Shown: one piece after another, positions 51,635-60,613 of the stretch
How the letters are laid out: each line of letters begins with the position of its first letter
How positions within the stretch are numbered: position 1 is the stretch's first letter
DNA from: Lachnospirales bacterium
GTDB lineage: Bacteria; Bacillota; Clostridia; Lachnospirales; CAMZNU01
DNA length: 64,000 nucleotides
NCBI GenBank assembly: GCA_047974375.1
Contig: JBKECF010000052.1
Coordinates: 61,694-125,693, forward strand
Direction: 5' to 3'
Position numbers and translations under genes: made by a program
Notes under the pieces: model-generated
Database searches by the model: none
Seen by the model: the letters and a program-made list of their open reading frames with translations, nothing else
What the model was told of the DNA's origin: nothing

Positions 51635-51686
51635 AAAAACCTTGGTGCCTTGCCTTAAAAACCTTGGTCGTAAAGCCTTGCTTTAC
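51635..51686. repeat. Tandem motif block: 2x aaaaaccttggt interleaved with 2x gccttgc (four CAAGG on the minus strand)
   Basis: aaaaaccttggt at 51635 and 51657, gccttgc at 51647 and 51675. gtaaagccttgctttac (51670-51686) is a 6-bp hairpin. Confidence 0.6.
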
Positions 51687-51770
51687 TGATACCATAGGCG
51701 ATGTCGTTCTAGCGGACAAGGAAAAAGCAAAACAAGACGCTTAAACCTAGTAAATAATGGCTTAATGAAT

Positions 51771-51880
51771 AAGTCAATAGATCTATCCGTTCGGTGGGGC
51801 TTGTACCACAATTGAATGGATAGTTAGATGGTCCTGCCACTATTATACATTGAGATAGGGTCTAATTCTTACCGATTAAC
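51771..51880 (-). repeat. Copy B of the unclassified ~110-nt GC-rich element (opposite orientation to copy A)
   Basis: The reverse complement begins gttaatcggtaagaattagaccc and ends ggatagatctattgactt. It has a GTGG-tacaag-CCCC..CCAC hairpin closed by ctatcc/ggatag. Confidence 0.75.
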
Positions 51881-52466
51881 ATACATGACAACATACTTAG
51901 GATTAACAGAAGAACAAGGAAAAGCCAAGTTAATAAACATAGAAGAAGAACAAAGCCCAGTTACAAGTGATATGTCTTTAGAATAGCGGTGTGTATGCTA
52001 ACACCTGAAGAGATAAGCGAATTCGGCGAAAATACGTAACTAAATCAAATAGCTGAAAATATGGCAAGATATTTTAAATACACATATGACGCCATAAAAT
52101 TAATGCTACTGGCAAAACCATAGAAGAGTTTAAAAAGACTTTACCTATTTCATTTGGCAACCTCAATAATAAAATTAATAAAGTCAAAAAAAATACTACA
52201 AAAAGAATAAAAGAAACTACAAATCATTCTGAAACAATGGCAGAAACTATAGCGGATGTGTGTGCCAATGGTGTTAATGTTCAACCACTAAGTAAGGGAA
52301 TATATAGTTGCTTAAAAACAGAACTGGGGTGAAAAATATGATTATGCCAAGTTTATATTATGCGGTAAATTTTTCCAAGTATATAGATAAAGATAAGGGT
52401 GGTATGGTTAAGGAATTTAAAAGTAATGCTCCTGATAAATTTAAAGATGAATATTACAATATTAAA

Positions 52467-53873
52467 ACCTAGGTTATAATAGTAATCGCAAAAAAACATT
52501 AACCAAAAAGAAAAGTGTTCTTATGAAAACAATTATAACAGAAGAAATGAGGTTTAGGGAAAAAATATGTAAATATGCAAAAAAACACGGAGTTATAAAA
52601 GCAACAAGGAAATACCATACAAACAGGCAATTCATATACAGACAGCTAGAAAAATATAATGGCACAGTACAAAGTTTAGCATTAAGATCAACAAGAGCAA
52701 AGAGCCACCCGTCTGAATTTTTACTTCGTAAAAACCGAACGTTTCACGTTTTTCCACCGTTCACCATGGTTCTATAATAAACATACAAAAGAGGAATTAG
52801 GTTTAATAAAAGATGTTTACAAAAGATAAAAATTAGATAGGCTAGCATAAGTTTTCGTGCAGTTAATAAAAAGATGGTATAGCAGGTGTTATGATAGTAT
52901 GTGTCGACAAATAAGAAAGATGAATAGTACCAAAGAACCTCAAAAAAATAAAAAAAGATATAAAACAAAACACATAGAAGTAATAGGAGGATATGTAGGA
53001 GATAAGGTTCAAATAGATATAAAATATGTACCAATGAAATGTTTAGAAGAAAATGAATATAATAAAAAATATTATCAAATAACAGTGATAGATGAGTATT
53101 CAAGGAAAAGAGTATTACTTATAGTAGATGAAAAAAGTATAACAAATAGGATTAAATTTTTAGAAAACTTAGAAGAAAAAATGGGCTTCGAAATAAATAC
53201 AGTGCAGACGGATAATGGAAGTGAATTTGTAAACAACAGTGAAGAAACAAGCAAATTGACTGCGTTTGAAGAAAAATTAAATGAATTAAATATAAAGCAC
53301 AAAAGAACAAAACCATATTTACCATGGCAAAACGGCAAAGTAGAAAGAAGCCACAGAACCGACGGAGAAAGATTTTATAATAAAGTATATAAAAATATAG
53401 AAAAGTTAATTAAGAGTTTAAAAAGATATGTAGCTGGAGACAATAGCAGAGCAAAGAAGATTCTAGGATTTAAGAGCCCAAATCAATCTGAATCTTTGTT
53501 TAACAAAAACTAAACGCTACGTGTTTACCCGATGTTCGCCACGGTTCTAGATAGTAAATGAATTTTATGCAGTATTATAAAAAGCAGAAAAAACGGATAG
53601 AATCTATATTAGGAGGCCGCCACCCTTGACTAGTTACGAAAAATAATGCACAAGGTCGTACCTACGGCAACACCTAAGAACAATTAAAAAAATAAGCCTT
53701 GTCACGCTAATTTTAGCACTATTTATTCTTCACAAGTAAAGGGTTCCCTCCGGTGGCTAGGTCATGCCTCTGGATCTTCCTAGAACAATTAAAAAACTTT
53801 ACACTGGCGAATTAAAAATAAACAAGGGTATTTTTTTGAAAATGTAACATATGTTTGACTATTCTAGATTTTA
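52467..53873 (+). mobile_element. Insertion sequence with rve-type DDE transposase (IS481-like; family not verified), decayed
   Basis: Boundaries are inferred from the points where homology to the solo copy at 41998-42128 begins and ends. Imperfect terminal inverted repeat: cCTAGgttatAATAGTaa versus the complement of ttgACTATTCTAGattt. Confidence 0.7.
52523..53513 (+). pseudogene. DDE (rve) transposase pseudogene: 64-nt insertion plus two in-frame stops
   Basis: N-terminal HTH MKTIITEEMRFREKICKYAKKHGV..RAKSHP is interrupted at 52712. The frame resumes at 52776 (NKHTKEELGLIKDVYKR*KLDRLA*VFVQ...). DDE triad context: QIDIKYV, VQTDNGSEF, PWQNGKVERSHRT. Confidence 0.8.
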
Positions 53874-53951
53874 AAAAACATATTTATTTAGAAAATATGT
53901 ACATAAAAAAATTGATATGATAAAATAAATTTGTTTTAAAGAAGTTTTATA

Positions 53952-53965
53952 GAAACAGATATTCG
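53952..53965. promoter_or_regulatory. Candidate LexA (Cheo/SOS) box upstream of uvrB
   Basis: The complement reads CGAATATCTGTTTC, which matches the Bacillus-type CGAACRNRYGTTYC at 12 of 14 positions. It abuts a TATAAT at 53967-53972, 30 nt upstream of the uvrB ATG. Confidence 0.5.
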
Positions 53966-53995
53966 CTATAATTTTGTTTCATATTGTAGAAAAGG

Positions 53996-55990
53996 ATGTA
54001 TATGGAAAATAGTTTGTTTAAAATAGAATGTGAATATAGCCCTACTGGAGATCAACCTGTAGCAATTGAGAGTTTGTCTACAGGGTATTTAAATGGAAAA
54101 AAATTTCAAACTCTTCTCGGCGTTACAGGTTCAGGAAAAACATTTACCATGGCTAATGTAATAGAAAAAATACAAAGGCCTACTATAGTTATTGCCCACA
54201 ATAAAACTTTAGCAGCACAACTATATAATGAATTTAAAGAATTTTTTCCAAATAATGCAGTAGAATATTTTGTAAGTTATTACGATTACTATCAACCAGA
54301 AGCTTATGTGCCTTCCTCTGATACGTACATTGAAAAAGATTCAGCTATAAATGATGAAATAGATAAACTTAGACATAGCGCAACTTTTTCACTACTTGAA
54401 AGACGCGATGTTATTATTGTGTCTTCAGTGTCATGTATATATGGTCTGGGCGATCCTGACGATTATAAGGAGCAAGTTGTTTCCCTAAGAGTTGGACAAA
54501 ATAAAGATCGTGATGAAGTAATTAAATCTCTTGTATATAGTCAATATAATAGAAATGATATAGATTTTCAGCGTGGTACTTTTCGTGTAAAAGGCGATAT
54601 ATTAGAAATTTTTCCATCTCATTTAGATACTAAGATATATAGAGTTGAGTTTTTTGGCGACGAGATTGAGCGTTTAACAGAAGTTGATCCCATAACAGGA
54701 ACTATAATTGGTGATTTAAAGCATATAAGTGTTTTTCCTGCATCACATTATGTAACATCTAAAGAAAAAATGGAGGCTGCTATTACCGGAATTGAAGAAG
54801 AGCTTTCTCACCAGATAAAAAGATTTAAAAGTGAAGAAAAATTATTGGAAGCTCAGCGTATTAAAGAAAGAACTAATTATGATATTGAAATGATGCGTGA
54901 AACAGGTTTTTGTTCTGGTATTGAAAACTATTCAAGGCATATATCTGGTAGACCTATTGGTAGTAGACCTTTTACGCTTTTGGACTTTTTTCCAGATGAT
55001 TTTTTAATTATAGCTGATGAATCCCATGTTACAATTCCGCAAATTGGTGCTATGTATAATGGCGACCGTTCTCGTAAAAATACTTTAGTAGACTTTGGTT
55101 TTAGGCTACCATCTGCATTAGATAATCGTCCCCTAAAGTTTGAAGAATTTGAGAATTTAATTAGTAAAATTATGTTTGTTTCAGCTACGCCATCAAAATA
55201 TGAAGGAGAGCATTCAGAGTATGTTGCTGAACAAATAATTCGTCCTACAGGGTTGCTTGATCCAATTATAGAAATTAAGCCGGCGATAAACCAAGTAGAT
55301 GACTTATTAAATGAAATTAATATTGTTACAAAAAACAAAAGCAAAGTGCTTGTTACTACTCTTACAAAAAAAATGGCTGAGTCTTTAACGAATTACTTAC
55401 GTGAAGCAAATGTACGTGTTAGGTACTTGCACTCCGACATTGACACCTTAGAAAGATTAGAAATAATAAAGGAGCTTAGAACTGATGTTTTTGATGTGTT
55501 AATAGGTATTAATTTATTACGTGAAGGTTTAGATATACCTGAAGTTTCCTTAGTAGCTATACTTGATGCTGATAAAGAGGGCTTCCTTCGTTCTGAAACT
55601 TCTCTTATTCAAACAGTAGGTAGAGCTGCAAGAAATAGCCGAGGTCGTGTAATTATGTATGCTGATACTATTACTAAATCAATGAGGAAAGCTATAGATG
55701 AAACTGAACGCAGACGTGCTATTCAAGAAATTTATAATGAAGAACACGGTATTATACCTAAAACCATTGTAAAAAAAGTTCATGAAATTATACGAGCAAC
55801 TATTACATATGAAGAAAGAGAAAAATTAGGATTAGCCAAAGATCCTGAATCAATGAGCGAAAAAGAGTTTATTAAATTGTTAAGAAAGCTTGACAAAGAA
55901 ATGAGACAAGCAGCAATAGAATTACAGTTTGAAAGAGCTGCAAATTTACGTGACGAAATAGTCGAGCTAAAAAGAGCAAGGAGAAAATAA
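53996..55990 (+). CDS. uvrB: Excinuclease ABC subunit B
   Basis: [12 protein letters not shown] Walker A, helicase motifs, and C-terminal UVR domain (..[14 protein letters not shown]..). An alternative start is at 54002. Confidence 0.96.
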   Translation: MYMENSLFKIECEYSPTGDQPVAIESLSTGYLNGKKFQTLLGVTGSGKTFTMANVIEKIQRPTIVIAHNKTLAAQLYNEFKEFFPNNAVEYFVSYYDYYQPEAYVPSSDTYIEKDSAINDEIDKLRHSATFSLLERRDVIIVSSVSCIYGLGDPDDYKEQVVSLRVGQNKDRDEVIKSLVYSQYNRNDIDFQRGTFRVKGDILEIFPSHLDTKIYRVEFFGDEIERLTEVDPITGTIIGDLKHISVFPASHYVTSKEKMEAAITGIEEELSHQIKRFKSEEKLLEAQRIKERTNYDIEMMRETGFCSGIENYSRHISGRPIGSRPFTLLDFFPDDFLIIADESHVTIPQIGAMYNGDRSRKNTLVDFGFRLPSALDNRPLKFEEFENLISKIMFVSATPSKYEGEHSEYVAEQIIRPTGLLDPIIEIKPAINQVDDLLNEINIVTKNKSKVLVTTLTKKMAESLTNYLREANVRVRYLHSDIDTLERLEIIKELRTDVFDVLIGINLLREGLDIPEVSLVAILDADKEGFLRSETSLIQTVGRAARNSRGRVIMYADTITKSMRKAIDETERRRAIQEIYNEEHGIIPKTIVKKVHEIIRATITYEEREKLGLAKDPESMSEKEFIKLLRKLDKEMRQAAIELQFERAANLRDEIVELKRARRK

Positions 55991-58821
55991 TGGCATTAGA
56001 TAAAATAACTATTAAGGGAGCAAAAGAGAATAATCTAAAAGGCGTTAATCTTGAAATACCAAGAGATAAGTTTATAGTTTTTACAGGTGTGTCTGGTTCT
56101 GGTAAATCATCCTTAGCCTTTGACACAATCTATGCTGAGGGACAACGACGTTATATGGAATCCTTATCTTCCTATGCGCGCCAATTTCTTGGACGAATGG
56201 AAAAACCAAATGTAGATGTAATAGAAGGATTATCTCCAGCTATTTCCATAGATCAAAAAACAACTAACCATAACCCACGTTCAACAGTTGGTACAGTTAC
56301 AGAAATTTATGATTATTTACGTTTATTATTTGCACGTGTAGGCATACCACATTGTCCTAAATGTGGTAAGGAGGTTAGTAGACAGAGTGTAGACCAAATA
56401 GTAGATAGCATTTTAACATTGCCTGAAAAAACAAAATTTCAAGTATTGGCACCTATTGTTAAAAATAGAAAAGGTACTCATACAAAAGTTCTAGAGGACG
56501 CAAGAAAAAAAGGCTATGCCCGAGCACGCGTTAACGGAAGTGTTCATGACTTAAATGATGAATTAAAGTTAAATAAAAATAAAAAACATGATATAGAAAT
56601 TGTAGTTGATAGACTAGTAATAAAAGAAGACATTCAAAAAAGACTTTCAGATTCCGTAGAAATAGCTATGGGCTTAGGCGAAGGTTTAATTATGGTTGAA
56701 ATTATTGATGGTGAAACTCTTACATTTAGTACCCACTTCGCTTGTAATGACTGTGATATTAGTATTCCGGAAATTGAGCCGCGTTCATTTTCTTTTAACA
56801 ATCCTAATGGAGCTTGTCCTACTTGTACTGGATTGGGGAATTTACTACTTTTTGATGAGGACTTAGTAATACCAAATAAAAATTTATCTCTTTTAGATGG
56901 TGCAGTAGTAGCACCTGGTTGGAGTTCTATTTCTAAAGAAGGTAGTCCAAGCAATGCTGTATATAAAGCTCTAGCCGAAAAGTATAAATTTGACCTAGAA
57001 ACACCTTTTAAAGATTTATCTAAAAAAATTCAACGTATTATACTATATGGCAATGGTGAGGAATATTTAGATATAGAATACTATGGCAGTAGGGGCAATA
57101 AAAAAAGTTTCAGTTGGTTATTTGATGGACTATTAAATAGCTTACTTAGACGATATAAAGAAACCGCTTCGGAAGGTATGAGAAAAGCTTACGAAGAATT
57201 TATGCTAAACAAACCATGCGAGGAGTGTAATGGCAAAAAGCTGCGACAAGAAATTTTAGCAGTTACAATCAACGGTAAGAATATTTCTGAAGTAACAGAA
57301 CTTTCTATAAAAAATATGCACAGCTTTTTTATAAATATAAAGCTCAACGAAAGAGAATTATTTATTGCTGACGAGATTTTAAAAGAAATAAATGCACGTG
57401 TTGGGTTTTTAGTTGATGTTGGTCTCAACTATTTATCTTTATCTAGGGCTACAAGCACTCTTTCTGGAGGAGAATCTCAACGTATACGTCTAGCTACACA
57501 AATTGGATCAGGTTTAGTTGGTGTAGTTTATATTTTAGATGAACCTAGCATCGGTCTACATCAAAGGGATAATGATAAACTTTTAGGTACTTTAAAAAAT
57601 TTAAAGGAACTTGGTAATACACTAATTGTTGTAGAACATGACCATGATACAATGATGGAGGCGGATTATATTGTTGATGTGGGACCAAAAGCAGGTGTAC
57701 ATGGTGGTGAAATAGTTTTTGCTGGTGAACCTAAAGAGTTGTTAAAGGCAAATACATTAACTGGCGAATATTTAAGTAATCGTATAAAAATAGAAATTCC
57801 ATTAAAAAGAAAAAAAATATCTAAAAAATTTATAGAAATAAAAGGTGCATCTGAAAATAATTTGAAAAATATTAATGTAAAGTTACCTATAGGTTTATTT
57901 ACTTGTGTAACTGGAGTTTCTGGTTCTGGTAAATCCTCGCTAGTTAACGAAATATTATATAAATATTTAGCAAGGGAATTAAATAGTGCCAAAATACCGG
58001 TAGGTAATTTTAGTTCAATAAAAGGTGAAGAACATTTAGATAAAATAGTAAATATAGACCAATCGCCTATTGGTAGAACGCCACGTTCTAATCCTGCTAC
58101 TTACACAGGTGTTTTTGATTTAATAAGAGATTTATTTACAATGACTGAAGAAGCTAAAATGAGAGGGTATAAAAAGGGTCGTTTCAGCTTTAATGTGAAA
58201 GGTGGACGTTGTGAATCTTGTAGTGGAGATGGAATAATTAAAATTGAAATGCATTTTCTTCCAGATATATTTGTACCATGTGAAGTTTGTAAAGGAACAC
58301 GTTATAATAGAGAAACTTTAGAGGTAAAATATAAAGACAAAAATATTTCTGATGTATTAAATATGACAGTTGAAGAAGCTCTAACATATTTTGAAAACTT
58401 ACCACGTATACAAAGTAAAATACAAACTTTATACGATGTTGGACTTGGTTATATCAAACTAGGTCAACCCTCTACAACTCTATCAGGCGGAGAAGCCCAA
58501 AGAGTTAAATTAGCTACTGAGTTAAGTAAAAAAGATACAGGCAAAACAATTTATATACTTGATGAACCTACTACAGGACTTCACACCTATGACGTACATA
58601 ACTTAGTAAGAATATTACAAAAACTAGGTGAAAATGGAAATACTATTGTAGTAATTGAACATAATTTAGATGTTATTAAAACAGCAGACTATGTTATAGA
58701 TTTAGGTCCAGAAGGCGGAGATGGTGGTGGTACAATCATTGCACAAGGAACACCGGAAGACATAGCTAAATGTGATAATTCATATACTGGTAAATATTTA
58801 AAAAAATTACTTGATGTATAA
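55990..58821 (+). CDS. uvrA: Excinuclease ABC subunit A
   Basis: Two ABC modules ([14 protein letters not shown]; [13 protein letters not shown]), zinc modules ([21 protein letters not shown]), [16 protein letters not shown]. Confidence 0.97.
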   Translation: MALDKITIKGAKENNLKGVNLEIPRDKFIVFTGVSGSGKSSLAFDTIYAEGQRRYMESLSSYARQFLGRMEKPNVDVIEGLSPAISIDQKTTNHNPRSTVGTVTEIYDYLRLLFARVGIPHCPKCGKEVSRQSVDQIVDSILTLPEKTKFQVLAPIVKNRKGTHTKVLEDARKKGYARARVNGSVHDLNDELKLNKNKKHDIEIVVDRLVIKEDIQKRLSDSVEIAMGLGEGLIMVEIIDGETLTFSTHFACNDCDISIPEIEPRSFSFNNPNGACPTCTGLGNLLLFDEDLVIPNKNLSLLDGAVVAPGWSSISKEGSPSNAVYKALAEKYKFDLETPFKDLSKKIQRIILYGNGEEYLDIEYYGSRGNKKSFSWLFDGLLNSLLRRYKETASEGMRKAYEEFMLNKPCEECNGKKLRQEILAVTINGKNISEVTELSIKNMHSFFINIKLNERELFIADEILKEINARVGFLVDVGLNYLSLSRATSTLSGGESQRIRLATQIGSGLVGVVYILDEPSIGLHQRDNDKLLGTLKNLKELGNTLIVVEHDHDTMMEADYIVDVGPKAGVHGGEIVFAGEPKELLKANTLTGEYLSNRIKIEIPLKRKKISKKFIEIKGASENNLKNINVKLPIGLFTCVTGVSGSGKSSLVNEILYKYLARELNSAKIPVGNFSSIKGEEHLDKIVNIDQSPIGRTPRSNPATYTGVFDLIRDLFTMTEEAKMRGYKKGRFSFNVKGGRCESCSGDGIIKIEMHFLPDIFVPCEVCKGTRYNRETLEVKYKDKNISDVLNMTVEEALTYFENLPRIQSKIQTLYDVGLGYIKLGQPSTTLSGGEAQRVKLATELSKKDTGKTIYILDEPTTGLHTYDVHNLVRILQKLGENGNTIVVIEHNLDVIKTADYVIDLGPEGGDGGGTIIAQGTPEDIAKCDNSYTGKYLKKLLDV

Positions 58822-58998
58822 ATGTTTTTCAATCATAACTAGCTCAAAGTAATGCATAAATTTCAAAAAAGTATTATATAAGAATTTCAAAATATATTTG
58901 GATAAAAATTTTGGGTTTACTAACATTACTCATTATGATATACTTGCAAGAAATATGTGTAAATTTTCAATAATTTATACAAACTTAAGGAGGAAATT

Positions 58999-59139
58999 AT
59001 GAAGCATATTAAGGTATTAAATACAGCTCTACTTAATCACAAAATTGAAAATGGCGGATGTGGAGAGTGTCAAACGTCTTGCCAATCTGCGTGTAAAACA
59101 TCATGCACAGTAGCGAACCAATCTTGCGAAAAGAACTAA
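58999..59139 (+). CDS. scfA: SCIFF (six-cysteines-in-forty-five) ranthipeptide precursor, 46 aa; absent from the supplied ORF track
   Basis: MKHIKVLNTALLNHKIENGGCGECQTSCQSACKTSCTVANQSCEKN has the conserved GGCGECQTSCQSACKTSC core with 6 Cys. AAGGAGG lies 7 nt upstream, and the dedicated rSAM gene lies downstream. Confidence 0.92.
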   Translation: MKHIKVLNTALLNHKIENGGCGECQTSCQSACKTSCTVANQSCEKN

Positions 59140-59192
59140 TTTATAAAGTTTGCTGGCAATCACAATTGGAGACAAGTTTCCGATTTATATTT

Positions 59193-59231
59193 AAATGTCT
59201 TATAAAACCAAATAGTTTTATAAGACATTTT
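59193..59231 (+). terminator. Strong stem-loop between scfA and scfB (partial terminator/attenuator candidate)
   Basis: aaatgtcttataaaac / gttttataagacattt, 16-bp perfect arms followed by tttt. Confidence 0.6.
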
Positions 59232-59252
59232 CTATGCATGGAAGGTTAAGAA

Positions 59253-60602
59253 ATGATACACAAGTATAAATTAAATAATTTGAATATAGTACTAGATGTA
59301 AACAGTGGTTCAGTATTTTGCGTAGATGAACTTGTTTATAATATACTAGATGACTATGAAAAGGAAATAGATTTTTATAAAAAATATTCAGACTTTTCTT
59401 CAGCAGATGTGGAGGAAGCTTTAGAAGAGATAAAATATTTAAAAGATAATAGAGTGCTTTTTTCGGAACTAGACTACTCTAAGTTAATGCCTAAAGTTGA
59501 CAATAGAGCACCTGTAATTAAAGCGTTGTGCATTCATATTGCACATGACTGTAATCTAAAATGTAAATATTGTTTTGCTGAGGAAGGTGAATATCATGGA
59601 AGCCGATCTTTTATGACATTTGAAGTCGGTAAAAAAGCTATAGACTTTTTAGTTGAAAATTCCAGTAATCGTATAAATTTAGAAATTGATTTTTTTGGTG
59701 GAGAACCACTAATGAATTTTGATGTAGTTAAAAGTCTTGTAGAGTATGGTAGGTCTATAGAAAAAGATAAAAACAAAAAATTTAGATTTACGTTAACTAC
59801 AAATGGAGTTTTACTAAATGATGAAATAATTGAATATGCTAATAAACATATGCATAATGTTGTATTAAGTTTAGATGGACGCAAAGAGATAAATGATAAT
59901 ATGAGGATTACATTAAATAATAAAAGCAGTTATGATGTTATTGTCCCTAAATTTCAGCATTTAGCTAATAGTAGAAATCAAAATAATTACTATGTACGAG
60001 GTACATTTACAAAAAACAACTTAGACTTTAGCAAAGATGTGCTTCACATGGCTGATTTAGGCTTTAAACAAATTTCTGTTGAACCTGTAGTAGCGCCACA
60101 AGATGCTGATTACGCAATAAGCAAAGAAGATTTAAGTAAAATATTTACAGAGTATGAAAATTTGGCTTTTGAAATGTTAAAGAGAAAAGAAGAGAATAAA
60201 GAATTCAATTTTTTTCACTTTATGATTGATTTAACGGGCGGACCTTGTGCTATAAAAAGAATGGTTGGATGTGGAGCTGGAAGTGAATATCTAGCTGTAA
60301 CACCAGAAGGCAACCTATTTCCATGTCACCAATTTGTTGGCGATGATGAATTTAAAATCGGAACAGTTGAGGATGGAATTGTTAATTTTACAAAACGAAA
60401 AGATTTCGAGAATTGTAATGTTTACACAAAAAAGGAATGTGATAATTGCTGGGCAAAATTTTACTGCAGTGGTGGTTGTGCAGCAAATGCTTATGCAAAT
60501 CATAAAGATATACTAGCAACCTATGAAGTAGGATGTGAAATGCAAAAGAAAAGAATTGAATGTGCTATAATGCTTAAATGTTATGAAGAAGGACTGGCAT
60601 AA
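59253..60602 (+). CDS. scfB: SCIFF radical SAM/SPASM maturase (thioether-forming)
   Basis: CNLKCKYC (CxxxCxxC) rSAM cluster and C-terminal SPASM Cys motifs (GCGAG..., CDNCWAKFYCSGGC). 449 aa, directly after scfA. Confidence 0.92.
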   Translation: MIHKYKLNNLNIVLDVNSGSVFCVDELVYNILDDYEKEIDFYKKYSDFSSADVEEALEEIKYLKDNRVLFSELDYSKLMPKVDNRAPVIKALCIHIAHDCNLKCKYCFAEEGEYHGSRSFMTFEVGKKAIDFLVENSSNRINLEIDFFGGEPLMNFDVVKSLVEYGRSIEKDKNKKFRFTLTTNGVLLNDEIIEYANKHMHNVVLSLDGRKEINDNMRITLNNKSSYDVIVPKFQHLANSRNQNNYYVRGTFTKNNLDFSKDVLHMADLGFKQISVEPVVAPQDADYAISKEDLSKIFTEYENLAFEMLKRKEENKEFNFFHFMIDLTGGPCAIKRMVGCGAGSEYLAVTPEGNLFPCHQFVGDDEFKIGTVEDGIVNFTKRKDFENCNVYTKKECDNCWAKFYCSGGCAANAYANHKDILATYEVGCEMQKKRIECAIMLKCYEEGLA

Positions 60603-60613
60603 AAGGAGGAAAT

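Noticed and set aside
51635-51686. CRISPR-like or other regularly spaced array.
   Set aside because: There are only two ~22-nt units, no unique spacers and no cas genes. No CRISPR array is present anywhere in the window.
51528-51719. 63-aa minus-strand ORF spanning the nitroreductase 3' end and the CCTTGG repeat block.
   Set aside because: It overlaps a real gene on the other strand and its 5' half is just the repeat block read in frame. There is no RBS.
52744-53103. 119-aa minus-strand ORF inside the IS.
   Set aside because: It is antisense to the rve transposase reading frame and its sequence is low complexity.
53855-53873. Similarity of the IS ends (ttctagatttta / cctaggttataat) to Firmicutes dif/Xer sites.
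   Set aside because: It shares only a CTAG-containing AT-rich core. It does not reproduce the ~28-nt dif consensus arms and occurs as IS termini at two loci.
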